From Planctomycetota bacterium (GTDB lineage: Bacteria > Planctomycetota > UBA1135 > UBA2386), in contig JBKAGP010000001.1 of the NCBI GenBank assembly GCA_046290465.1, positions 1,984,001-2,048,000 on the forward strand: 64,000 nucleotides of DNA, read 5' to 3'. Positions 26,988 through 45,283 of this stretch are shown in pieces (the stretch's first letter is position 1; each line of letters begins with the position of its first letter). The position numbers and the translations under genes are program-made. The notes below the pieces were generated by a model. The model worked only from the letters and a program-made list of their open reading frames with translations, had not been told where the DNA came from and made no database searches.

Positions 26988-27456
26988 AAGCAAAGTGGCT
27001 GTAAGCGCTGTTCGCCTCGGCCATCTTGTGCACGTTCTCCTTCTTGGTGACCGCGGCGCCCTGGTTGTTGTAGGCGTCGAACAGTTCCTCGGCGAGGCAC
27101 TTGGCCATCGGCTTGCCGCGCTTGCTGCGGGCGGCGTCGACCATCCAGCGGATGGCGAGGCTCTGCTGACGGCGCTTGTTGACTTCGCGCGGGACCTGGT
27201 AGGTCGCACCACCGACGCGCTTCGAACGGACCTCGACGCGCGGCTTGATGTTCTCGATCGCCTTGGTGAAGACCTCGACCGGCTCGGCTCCTTCGACCTT
27301 GGCACAGACGATGTCGACCGCGTCGTAGAACAGCGTCTGCGCGGTGGTCTTCTTCCCGTCGAGCATGATCTTGTTGATGATCTTGCTGGCGAGCTTGTTG
27401 TTGTAGCGAGGATCGCCCTTCAGGTAGACCTCGGTGGACTTGTAGGAACGCGGCAT
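26983..27456 (-). CDS. rpsG: 30S ribosomal protein S7
   Basis: MPR..., DGKK, EVRSKRVGGATYQVP, HKMAEAN.AYSHF.W. Confidence 0.98.
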   Translation of the reverse strand: MPRSYKSTEVYLKGDPRYNNKLASKIINKIMLDGKKTTAQTLFYDAVDIVCAKVEGAEPVEVFTKAIENIKPRVEVRSKRVGGATYQVPREVNKRRQQSLAIRWMVDAARSKRGKPMAKCLAEELFDAYNNQGAAVTKKENVHKMAEANSAYSHFAW

Positions 27457-27487
27457 TTCGGTTCTCGAGTTGGTCGGTTAGGCGGGC

Positions 27488-27865
27488 TTACTTGCTCTTC
27501 GGACGCTTGGCGCCGTACTTGCTGCGACCACGGCGGCGCGATTCGACGCCGGACGCGTCGAGGCAGCCACGCAGGACGTGGTAGCGAACACCCGGGAGGT
27601 CACGGACGCGGCCACCGCGGATCAGCACGATCGAGTGCTCCTGCAGGTTGTGGCCCTCACCCCCGATGTAGACCGTCGTCTCCTTGCCGTTGCTGAGGCG
27701 CACGCGGGCGATCTTGCGAAGCGCCGAGTTCGGCTTCTTCGGCGTCATCGTCTTCACCTGGAGACAGACGCCGCGCTTGTGCGGGCAGCGGTCGAGGATC
27801 GGCGACTTGCTCTTCTCCTTGATGACCTTGCGGCCCTTGCGGATGAGTTGGTTGATCGTGGGCAT
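27488..27865 (-). CDS. rpsL: 30S ribosomal protein S12
   Basis: [34 protein letters not shown]. Confidence 0.99.
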   Translation of the reverse strand: MPTINQLIRKGRKVIKEKSKSPILDRCPHKRGVCLQVKTMTPKKPNSALRKIARVRLSNGKETTVYIGGEGHNLQEHSIVLIRGGRVRDLPGVRYHVLRGCLDASGVESRRRGRSKYGAKRPKSK

Positions 27866-28054
27866 TACAGTGGGATCGACAGTCCGTTGGCGGGTGCGCC
27901 GAAGGAGGGCGGACCCGGTGTCGACCGGCGGACCGGTCGGGAATGAGGGCGGGACAAGATACGGAAAGAGGTGGCGAAAGCAAGTCCGCCGAGGGCCCCG
28001 AACGCAGAACGCGTCGGGCCCCCATCGGGGCGCCGGGCACGGCCCGGCACCGTT

Positions 28055-32386
<4,332 letters not shown>

Positions 32387-32488
32387 CGTGCGCCTTGTGG
32401 GTGCTAGGTGCTCACGGCGTCGTCACGTCGCGAGCGGGGTTTCGGAGAAGGTTGTGTTCGGTTCGGATGCTGTCAGGAACGCGCCGGG

Positions 32489-36199
<3,711 letters not shown>

Positions 36200-36742
36200 G
36201 CGGTTCCACCTGACGGTCCCCGGCGAGGGACCAGAGTTCCCCGGTCGCGATCCCGGCTTCGCGCGGTCAGGGGCGACGCGCAGCCAGGAACCAATCGGGG
36301 ACGAGTTTGAAGTGACCTGAACGAAGCAACCAACGACGAACCTGGCGAACCGGTCTCCGGGTTCCGTCCTGCGTCGCTGTCGAGCGACACGTCGGGAATC
36401 CCGGCCTGCGGCGACCGGACCGCCTGCACGAAGCGCGCGTCAGATCCCTGTTCGTTCACGCGGCATGCCGACGAAGCAGCCCACCGAGACCAACCCCCAC
36501 TCGGGGTGATCCAGGCGGGCCCTGCAGACGTCGAGACGCGTGACCGAAGGGACGCTGCCGTGCAGCCGCGTGCAAAAAGTGATCCAACCAGCGGGTCAAA
36601 GCGTAGACGCCCCGGCCACCGCGCCGCAACCGAAAAGTGCGGACGAGGTTCGGGGCGTACCAGCGTTCGGCTCGAGGATCACGCGGCCAGCCGGCTTGCG
36701 CCAGCGGGCCACGTCGATCTCTGGACCACTCCAAGAAGGGCA

Positions 36743-37153
36743 CTAGGAAAGCTCGACCGTAGCGCCGGCTTCCTCGAGCTTCTTCTTGATCTCTTCGGCC
36801 TCGTCCTTCGCCGCGCCTTCCTTGACCGGCTTCGGAGCTTCGTCGACGAGCGCCTTGGCCTCCTTGAGGCCGAGGCCGGTGATCTCACGCACCGCCTTGA
36901 TGACGTTGATCTTCGAGCCGCCGGCGTCCTTGAGGACGACGTTGAACTCGGTCTTCTCTTCGGCGCCACCGCCTTCACCGCCACCACCACCACCGCCAGC
37001 GGCGGCGACGGCGACCGGAGCGGCAGCCGAGACACCCCAGCGATCTTCCATCGCCTTCACGAGCTGGGCGGCCTGGCCCAGGCTCAGGGCGTCAATCTTG
37101 CTGAAGATGTCCTCGAGATCGGCGTCGAGGGTCACGGTTTCATTGTCCGACAT
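36743..37153 (-). CDS. rplL: 50S ribosomal protein L7/L12
   Basis: GVSAAAPVA hinge, [20 protein letters not shown]. Confidence 0.98.
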   Translation of the reverse strand: MSDNETVTLDADLEDIFSKIDALSLGQAAQLVKAMEDRWGVSAAAPVAVAAAGGGGGGGEGGGAEEKTEFNVVLKDAGGSKINVIKAVREITGLGLKEAKALVDEAPKPVKEGAAKDEAEEIKKKLEEAGATVELS

Positions 37154-37222
37154 CGGAATAACCTTTGGGGATCTAAGTGCAGGGAGGAGTGGGTAAGGGG
37201 ATCGGGGTAGACGGAGGGCGGA

Positions 37223-37744
37223 TTACTCGCCCTTGTCGACCTTGGCTTGGATGCAGCGGGCCAGACCACCGGCCACTGCGTGGAGGACGCCGGCCATCGA
37301 ACGGGCCGGGCCGCTGATCGCCGTGACGATCTTGGTGTTGATGGTGTCGCGGTCCGGCAGGTCGGCCAGGGCGCTGGCCTGCTCACCGACGTAGGTCTCG
37401 CCTTCGACGATGCCGCCCTTGATGGCGATCGGCATCTCCTTGTTGGCCTTGATGAGGTCGCGGACCATCTTGGCGGCCGCGATCGCACCTTCCTTCTCGG
37501 CGACGGCGATGCCGGTGCGGCCCTTCATGGCCTCCGACATGTCGAGGCCCATCTTGGCGAACGCCTTGGTGGCCAGACGGCTGCGGACGACGCGATACTT
37601 CACGCCGGCTTCGCGGAGCTTGCCGCGCAGCGCGATGTCCTGGTCCGGTTGGACGGCGCCGACTTCGAGTACGACGCACGAGCCCATGTTCTGGAACTCC
37701 TGTTCCAGCTCATCGAGCATGATCTTGTTGACTAGGCTGGGCAT
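37223..37744 (-). CDS. rplJ: 50S ribosomal protein L10
   Basis: 173 aa between rplA and rplL; LR.KLREAGV.YRVV, IKGGIVEG, LADLP. Confidence 0.93.
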   Translation of the reverse strand: MPSLVNKIMLDELEQEFQNMGSCVVLEVGAVQPDQDIALRGKLREAGVKYRVVRSRLATKAFAKMGLDMSEAMKGRTGIAVAEKEGAIAAAKMVRDLIKANKEMPIAIKGGIVEGETYVGEQASALADLPDRDTINTKIVTAISGPARSMAGVLHAVAGGLARCIQAKVDKGE

Positions 37745-37776
37745 TCGATTGCTCCTCTAGTTGGCTCGACCGCGGG

Positions 37777-38463
37777 TTAGTCGACGGCGAGCGCGACGCC
37801 CGGCCCCATCGTGGTGGAAACGACGACCTTCTTGATGAACTCGCCCTTGGCCTGCGCGGGACGCAGGGTGCGAAGGTGTTCGACGAAGGCGGTGAGGTTC
37901 TCGGCGAGGTCGCCCTCGGCGAACGACTTCTTGCCGATGGCGACGTGCACGTTGGCGCCGGAGTCGGTGCGGAACTCGATCTTGCCCGCCTTGAACTCCT
38001 GGACCGCCTGGGCGACGTTCGGCGTCACGGTGCCGGCCTTCGGCGAAGGCATCTTGCCCTGCGGGCCGAGCACCTTACCGAGCTTGCCGACGAACCGCAT
38101 CATGTCCGGGGACGCGATGGTCATGTCGAAGTCGGTGAAGCCCTTCTCGATCTTCTCGGCCAGGTCGGCGGCGCCGACGTAGTCCGCACCGGCGGCCTCG
38201 GCTTCCTTTGCCTTCTCGCCGTCGGCGAACACGGCGATCTTGATCGTCTTGCCGGTGCCCTTCGGCAGGCTGACCGAACCGCGGACCAGCTGGTCCGTCT
38301 TCTTCGGGTCGATGCCGATGCGGATGGCTACGTCGACGCTCTCGTCGAACTTCGGGCCGTTCAGCGACTTGATCAGGGCGATGCCTTCTTCGACCGGGTA
38401 GCGCTTCCCGCTCTCGAGCTTGGTCGCGCTCTCCTGGTAACGGCGGCTGCGGTGGCGAGCCAT
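37777..38463 (-). CDS. rplA: 50S ribosomal protein L1
   Basis: [41 protein letters not shown]. Confidence 0.98.
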   Translation of the reverse strand: MARHRSRRYQESATKLESGKRYPVEEGIALIKSLNGPKFDESVDVAIRIGIDPKKTDQLVRGSVSLPKGTGKTIKIAVFADGEKAKEAEAAGADYVGAADLAEKIEKGFTDFDMTIASPDMMRFVGKLGKVLGPQGKMPSPKAGTVTPNVAQAVQEFKAGKIEFRTDSGANVHVAIGKKSFAEGDLAENLTAFVEHLRTLRPAQAKGEFIKKVVVSTTMGPGVALAVD

Positions 38464-38548
38464 GTGTGTTCCTGTTCTTGAGTGGCCTTGGCCGGCGACG
38501 CGAGGCAGATCTGCGTCAGCGGACCGTGTGTGTCAGTGGAGCCGCGAG

Positions 38549-38974
38549 CTAGTCGGCGACCTGGATTCCGCAGGCACGAGCCGTGCCTTCGACCATGCGC
38601 ATCGCGCCCTCGATGTCGACCGCGTTGAGATCCTTCATCTTCATCTCGGCGATCTCCTTGACCTGGTCGCGGGTCACCTTGCCGGCGACCTCACTGCCAG
38701 GGTTGTTCGCGCCCGAATCCAGCTTGGCGGCTTTCTTCAGGAGGACCGCCGCCGGCGGCGATTTGAACTCGAGCGAGAAGCTGCGGTCCTTGTAGACCGA
38801 GATCACGACCGGGATGATCAGGCCCTGCTGCGCACGGGTCTCGTCGTTGAACTGCTTGACGAACTGACCGATGTTGACGCCGTGCTGACCCAGGGCGGGG
38901 CCGACCGGCGGCGCAGGCGTAGCCTGTCCAGCCGGGCACTGCAGCTTGATCTGAGCGGTGACTTCTTTGGCCAT
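38549..38974 (-). CDS. rplK: 50S ribosomal protein L11
   Basis: Start MAKEVT at 38974; [24 protein letters not shown]. Confidence 0.98.
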   Translation of the reverse strand: MAKEVTAQIKLQCPAGQATPAPPVGPALGQHGVNIGQFVKQFNDETRAQQGLIIPVVISVYKDRSFSLEFKSPPAAVLLKKAAKLDSGANNPGSEVAGKVTRDQVKEIAEMKMKDLNAVDIEGAMRMVEGTARACGIQVAD

Positions 38975-39166
38975 TCTTTGATCTCCCGCGGTCCTGACGG
39001 ACGTGTCTGGCACGCCCTCCCGCTGGTAGAGAGTCCCGCTGCTGGCGCCGACCTGGCGCTCCGGGCCGCGGGGAACCCGGATTCCGGCGACCGTTTGGCG
39101 GCAGCCGGAGCCTGATTCGGGACAGGGCCCGATTCAGGGGGCGAAGATTCAAGCAGATCGCTCGGG

Positions 39167-39697
39167 CTAAATCAACTCCACTTCCCAATATCCGAGCGAC
39201 ATCGGGGTCGGACGCCCGAAGAAGTTCACCGAGACGTCGAGCATGCCCTTGTCCGAGTGCACCTCTTCGACGACCGCATCGGTGTTCTCGAACGCGCCGG
39301 TCTTGATCTTGACGCGATCGCCCTTCTTGAACTGGACCGCGACCTTCGGTTGCTCCTGGCTCGCGTTCATCGTGCCGAGCACCTTCTCGACGTCGTCCGG
39401 GTTGGCCGGCGTCGGGGTGGCCTGGCCGCCGACGAAGTCGCCGAAGCCGGGGGTCTCGCGCAGCACGAACCAGACGTCGTCGCTGAGCTCCATCTCGACC
39501 ATCAGGTAGCCGGGGTAGAGCTTCTTGCGCTTGACGACCTTCTTGCCGCCACGGTGATCCTGGATGGTCTCGGTCGGCACGACGATCTGAGGAACCTGCT
39601 CCTCGATGCCGGCCTGCTTGAGGCGGCGGATCATCGCCTGGCGGATCGTGTCCTCACGACCGACCTGGACCCGGAGGAAGTACCACTCGAGAGCCAT
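39167..39697 (-). CDS. nusG: Transcription termination/antitermination factor NusG
   Basis: WY, KLYPGYLMVEM, TPG, KOW domain FKKGDRVKIKTGAF, FFGRPTP. Confidence 0.97.
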   Translation of the reverse strand: MALEWYFLRVQVGREDTIRQAMIRRLKQAGIEEQVPQIVVPTETIQDHRGGKKVVKRKKLYPGYLMVEMELSDDVWFVLRETPGFGDFVGGQATPTPANPDDVEKVLGTMNASQEQPKVAVQFKKGDRVKIKTGAFENTDAVVEEVHSDKGMLDVSVNFFGRPTPMSLGYWEVELI

Positions 39698-40134
39698 CAG
39701 GCCCCTCCACCGCCGAGCAGCATCTGCATCACCGACGCCAGCCCCAGGTCACAGGCGAACAGGTAGACGAACAGCACCGCGACCATGACCGCGACCGCCA
39801 TCGTGCCCTGCCAGGTCTCGCCCCAGCTCGGCCACGTGACCTTCTGCATCTCGCCCTCGGTCTCGATCAGCGCATCGGCGATGCGCGGACGGTTGAGGAT
39901 CTGGCGCAGCGCGAAGCCGACGACCAGCCAGACCGCCAGCGCGACGCACGTCGAGGCCTTCAGCGTTCCCAGCAGCGGGAACGGGTCGACGAACGTGGGG
40001 TTGGAGTCCCCCATCCAGAAGTTCAGGTTGTCGGCGAGGCCTCCGCCGTGGAAGCAGCCGTAGCCGACCAGCAGGAAGAGCGCCCAGAAGGCGAACATCC
40101 GGGCGTAACGGCCGTCGTCTTTGCGATAGCTCAC
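39697..40134 (-). CDS. secE: Preprotein translocase subunit SecE (3-TM type)
   Basis: LIETEGEMQKVTWPS motif; located between tRNA-Trp and nusG. Confidence 0.93.
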   Translation of the reverse strand: MSYRKDDGRYARMFAFWALFLLVGYGCFHGGGLADNLNFWMGDSNPTFVDPFPLLGTLKASTCVALAVWLVVGFALRQILNRPRIADALIETEGEMQKVTWPSWGETWQGTMAVAVMVAVLFVYLFACDLGLASVMQMLLGGGGA

Positions 40135-40382
40135 GGGTCTTGTATTCCTAGCTGCCCGCGGCGCACGGGATCGGACCGCGCAGGCGCTGCAGACAAACCA
40201 AACTCAGAACTGCGATGCTCTCCCCTCCGACGGAACGTCGGATCGAAGGAGAGCTGGAAAACCGTAGCGGCCGCGGCGCCCGAAGCAAACAGCCTCGCCC
40301 CGAAGGTGCGAGAGGTCGTTCGCGGAACACCACGGCCGGCGAAGGAGACGCCCGGCGATCGGCAACGCCGACCGTCAGGAAG

Positions 40383-40458
40383 TGGCAGGGCAACTAGGAC
40401 TCGAACCCAGAACCTGTTGATTTGGAATCAACTGCACTACCAATTGTGCTATTGCCCT
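40383..40458 (-). tRNA. tRNA-Trp (CCA)
   Basis: AGGGCAA acceptor; anticodon arm GTTGA-TTCCAAA-TCAAC; GGTTCGAG; encoded CCA end; 76 nt. Confidence 0.97.
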
Positions 40459-40470
40459 CTGCCTGGCGAA

Positions 40471-40492
40471 CGAGGTGGGCAGGCCCACCTCG
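40471..40492. other. Stem-loop between tuf and tRNA-Trp (processing or pause site?)
   Basis: CGAGGTGGGC-AG-GCCCACCTCG perfect inverted repeat; no strong U-tract. Confidence 0.45.
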
Positions 40493-40567
40493 CGCGCGTC
40501 GTTGTCTCGTCCGGGCGACGTCGACGACACGAGCGTCATCGACACCGACCGGCGCAGATCTTCGATG

Positions 40568-41770
<1,203 letters not shown>

Positions 41771-41839
41771 GGGTCTGGACTCGGTTTTGAAATCGAACGA
41801 TTGGAGCCAGCGCTACCGAGCCTGGACTCCTGCTTGAGA

Positions 41840-41914
41840 TGGAGCTGCTAGTGGGACTTGAACCCACGACCTCCTCCTTACCAAGGAGGTGCTCTACCAC
41901 TGAGCTGTAGCAGC
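41840..41914 (-). tRNA. tRNA-Thr (GGT)
   Basis: Anticodon arm CCTCC-TTGGTAA-GGAGG; GGTTCAAG; CCA end. Confidence 0.97.
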
Positions 41915-41973
41915 ATGCGGAAGGAAAGAACGTCTGCCGGGGACGCCCGCCGTACGTGTGGAGCACGCCGGAT

Positions 41974-42047
41974 TGGAGCGGGTGAAGGGAATCGAACCCT
42001 CACAACCAGATTGGAAGTCTGGGACTCTACCGTTGAGCTACACCCGC
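41974..42047 (-). tRNA. tRNA-Gly (TCC)
   Basis: GCGGGTG acceptor; CCAGA-CTTCCAA-TCTGG; CCA end; 74 nt. Confidence 0.97.
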
Positions 42048-42180
42048 AGAGACGGGCGACCACGCACACCGGCAACCGGACGACCGGACCACGAGGGCCC
42101 GACCACTCGGCGCGCCGAGGAGCGAGATCCGACTTGTCATTCGCGTGATCGGGCTCCCTGCCTCGTTAGGCAGGAAGTGC

Positions 42181-42265
42181 TGGTGGGCGAAGCAGGATTC
42201 GAACCTGCGAAGGCAGAGCCATCAGATTTACAGTCTGACCCAGTTGGCCGCTTTGGTATTCGCCC
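42181..42265 (-). tRNA. tRNA-Tyr (GTA)
   Basis: TCAGA-CTGTAAA-TCTGA; long variable arm; CCA end; 85 nt. Confidence 0.97.
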
Positions 42266-42332
42266 GGGCTGTCGCTCACGCGCCTCTCCCCCACAACGCT
42301 CTGACGAGCCCTCCTGGCGAGCCCGGCGAATC

Positions 42333-42408
42333 TGGAGCTAGCGACGGGACTTGAACCCGTAACCTCCAGATTACAAATCAGGTGCTCTACCAGTTGAGCT
42401 ACGCTAGC
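42333..42408 (-). tRNA. tRNA-Thr (TGT)
   Basis: GCTAGCG acceptor; CCTGA-TTTGTAA-TCTGG (one U-U mismatch in the anticodon stem); CCA end. Confidence 0.95.
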
Positions 42409-42435
42409 AGGTAGCTGCGGCGGAAAGGACGGAGG

Positions 42436-42463
42436 ACGATACCGACGCCCCAGGGCAGTTCAA
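42436..42463 (-). promoter_or_regulatory. Putative sigma70 promoter of the tRNA-tuf operon
   Basis: Minus strand TTGAAC-16 bp-TATCGT, GC-rich discriminator, A-tract upstream; 27 bp before tRNA-Thr. Confidence 0.6.
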
Positions 42464-42531
42464 GCGTGGCAGGGCGCATTTTTTGCGCCGCGACAAGCAG
42501 TTTCGTCGACGCGAGGCGCCGGCGTGCACGG

Positions 42532-43092
42532 CTACAGCTCGCAGGCGCGCCCGTTCGAGGCATCGCCCGAACCGCCCGAATCCCCGTCTGCATGGCCTCG
42601 GTCCAGATGGCCGCCATCGGCAGGCCCACTACGGGCAGGCCCACTGCCAGGCCTACTGCCGGCAGGCCCCGCCTGCGTCCGGCCCGCTCCGTCCGCGGCG
42701 GCACCGCTGCCATCGCCGCCGGCCGCCTGGCGGCCCGCTGCCGCCAGGCGCCGGACGTTGGCGGCGAACGCGAGCAGATCGAACGGCTTGCGCAGGACCT
42801 CGCGCACGAACGGCATCGTGCGCAGTTGCGCCTCGATCCGCTGGTCGAGGTAGCCGGAGATCACGATGACCTGGGGCGGCGCCGCGAGGTCGCGCAGCGA
42901 CTCGAGCACCTCGAGGCCGGAGGCGCCGGGCATGTCGAGGTCGCAGACCAGCACGCGCAGGCCGGGTTCGCGCGCCTGCCGGCGGGCGTCGTCGCCGTCG
43001 TAGGCGTGGCTCGCGCGCAGACCGGACTGCAGCAGGACCTCCGTCAGGAGGCCGCTGACAGCCCGGTCGTTGTCTGCGATCAACACCGACAT
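42532..43092 (-). CDS. Single-domain response regulator (receiver) with low-complexity tail
   Basis: MSVLIADND, CDLDMPGASGLE, VISGY, RKPF; Gly/Ala/Ser tail partly from 12-15 bp repeats at about 42620-42673. Confidence 0.88.
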   Translation of the reverse strand: MSVLIADNDRAVSGLLTEVLLQSGLRASHAYDGDDARRQAREPGLRVLVCDLDMPGASGLEVLESLRDLAAPPQVIVISGYLDQRIEAQLRTMPFVREVLRKPFDLLAFAANVRRLAAAGRQAAGGDGSGAAADGAGRTQAGPAGSRPGSGPARSGPADGGHLDRGHADGDSGGSGDASNGRACEL

Positions 43093-43166
43093 GCCGAGCA
43101 GAGTAACGCGGCGAACCGCCTTCCGAAAATCGAATCCTGGTCCCAGCGGCGTCCCGTCCGACACGG

Positions 43167-45233
43167 TCAACCGTGCGGGTCGATCGGCTGCAGCCAGGAG
43201 ACGTCCTCGAACGGCACGTCCATCTTGACCTTGCCGTAGTCGACCACGACCTGCTCGCGCACCTTGTCGACCTTGCGCACCGAGCAGAGCCGCCCCCACC
43301 GGGGCAGGAATACCTGGTCGCCCTTCTTCAGCCGGTGGCAGAACGCCATCCGGCGCCGGTGCAGCGCGGCGTTCTTCAGCAGCCCGTCGGCGACCTTCTT
43401 GAGCCCGCGGGCCCGCTCGCCGTGCTGGCCGGGCGCCTGGGTCAGCCTGGTCAGGTCGTCGATGATCGCGGCGTGCGCCTTGCGCAGCTCGGCCTCGACG
43501 ACGCCGTCGGCCTCCTCCTGCAGCCAGTTCTCCTTCTTCTGCGCCTCGGCGAGCTTCGACTCGAGCTCGCTCTCGCGCTTCTCGACCACGCGCGAACGGT
43601 CGGCCGTGCGCTGGCGGTCCTGTTCGGCGTCGCGACGCGCGACCTGCACCCGCTGGATCAGGTTGTCGAGCGTCTGGTCCCGCTTGCCGAGCAGCTGCCG
43701 GGCGCGGTCGACGATCGCCGTCGGCATGCCGACCCGCGCCGAGATGTCGAGCGCGTGGCTGTTGCCCGGAATGCCGAGGTCGAGCCGGTAGAGCGGCCGC
43801 AGCGTGTCGCCGTCGAAGGCCATCGAGCCGTTCTCGGCACCGGGATGCTGGTAGGCGAAGTCCTTGAGGCGACCGAGGTGGGTCGTGACCACCGCGAACA
43901 CGCGCGCCTCGACCAGCGCTTCGAGCACCGCGTAGCCGAGCACCGCGCCCTCCTCGGGGTCGGTGCCGGCGCCGAGCTCGTCGAGCAGCACCAGCGCGTC
44001 CGGAGCGGCGTGCTGCACGCAGCGCGCGATCCGCTGCACGTGCGAACTGAACGTCGACAGGTTCTGCGCGATCGCCTGCTCGTCGCCGATGTCGGCCTGC
44101 ACCGCCGTCAAGAACGGCACCTGCGCGCCTTCGTCGGCGGGCACCGGCACGCCGCTGATCGCCATCAGCGACAACAGGCCGATGGTCTTGAGCACGACCG
44201 TCTTGCCGCCGGTGTTCGGGCCGGTCACGACCAGCAGGTGGTGCGGATCGCCGAGCGCGATGTCGAGCGGCACGATGTCCTCCTTGGGCTGCGTCTGCAG
44301 CAGCAGCGGGTGGCGGGCGCCGCGCAGCCGCAGCGAGCCGTTCGGCACCACCTCGGGGACCACGTAGCCGTCCTCGATGCACAGCTGCGCGCAGGCCTGC
44401 AGCAGGTCGGCGGCAGCGACGAACTCGACGCCGGCGGTGACCTCTGGGCCGTAGCGACGCAGGCCGCGGGCGGCGTCGGCCAGCACGACGTTGATCTCGC
44501 GGTGCTCGGCCGCCTGCGCATCGGACAGCCGGTTGGCCACCTCGACCACCGCTTCCGGCTCGACGAACAGCGTCGCGCCCGACGTGCTGCGGTCGTGCAG
44601 CACCCCGCGCACGCGCTGGCGGTAGTCGGCCTTGACCTGCAGCACCGGCCGACCATTGCGCCACGACGGCTCGGGCGCCTGCAGGCAGCGGCGCACGTCG
44701 GCGCTCGCCAGCACGCCGGACATCGCGGCCTCGACGGCGCGCTTGTGCCGTTCGATCTCCCGGCGCAGTTCACGCAGCTTCGCCGAGGCCGAGTCCAGCA
44801 CCTCGCCGCGGTCGTCGACGATCTGCTCCAGCTCCTGGACCAGGTCCTCGAGGTCCGGCGCCGGCCGCGCGAACCGGGCCAGCGGGTCGGGCGAGGCCAG
44901 GCACCAGCGGCGGCAGCGTTCGGCCGTTCGCAGCACGCGCTTCAGGTCGGCCGCGTCGCGGGCCTGGAACGAATGCTCACCGGCGAAGAACCGGTCGAGC
45001 CACGAACGCACCTCGACCGAGCCGCTCAGCGGCAGCGGCGCGCCGCCGTCCATCTTGGCCGCCAGCGCCGAGACCGCGGCCAGCCGGTCGGTCGCCTCGG
45101 CCGCGGTCGCGGCGGGCTCGAGGCCGTCGACCGCGGTGCGGCCGAGCGGCGTGATCAGCTTGCCGGTGAGCAGCGCGCGCACCGCCTGGAACTCCAGGGC
45201 GGTGGTGTCGAAGGACTCCTTGGGCTCGGACAT
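43167..45233 (-). CDS. mutS2: MutS2-family protein lacking the C-terminal Smr domain
   Basis: LEF, HDRSTSGATLFVEP, ARHPLL, TGPNTGGKT, DIGDEQ...LSTFSSH, LLDELGAGTDPEEG, GIPGNSHA; ends after a KOW-like domain. Confidence 0.92.
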   Translation of the reverse strand: MSEPKESFDTTALEFQAVRALLTGKLITPLGRTAVDGLEPAATAAEATDRLAAVSALAAKMDGGAPLPLSGSVEVRSWLDRFFAGEHSFQARDAADLKRVLRTAERCRRWCLASPDPLARFARPAPDLEDLVQELEQIVDDRGEVLDSASAKLRELRREIERHKRAVEAAMSGVLASADVRRCLQAPEPSWRNGRPVLQVKADYRQRVRGVLHDRSTSGATLFVEPEAVVEVANRLSDAQAAEHREINVVLADAARGLRRYGPEVTAGVEFVAAADLLQACAQLCIEDGYVVPEVVPNGSLRLRGARHPLLLQTQPKEDIVPLDIALGDPHHLLVVTGPNTGGKTVVLKTIGLLSLMAISGVPVPADEGAQVPFLTAVQADIGDEQAIAQNLSTFSSHVQRIARCVQHAAPDALVLLDELGAGTDPEEGAVLGYAVLEALVEARVFAVVTTHLGRLKDFAYQHPGAENGSMAFDGDTLRPLYRLDLGIPGNSHALDISARVGMPTAIVDRARQLLGKRDQTLDNLIQRVQVARRDAEQDRQRTADRSRVVEKRESELESKLAEAQKKENWLQEEADGVVEAELRKAHAAIIDDLTRLTQAPGQHGERARGLKKVADGLLKNAALHRRRMAFCHRLKKGDQVFLPRWGRLCSVRKVDKVREQVVVDYGKVKMDVPFEDVSWLQPIDPHG

Positions 45234-45283
45234 CGGGCAGAACATGTTGCCGCCTCGCGCCGACTTGTAAACTCGCTGCCCGA

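Noticed and set aside
40135..40567. rpmG (L33) expected near tRNA-Trp/secE
   Set aside because: No L33-like reading frame found on the minus strand in either spacer.
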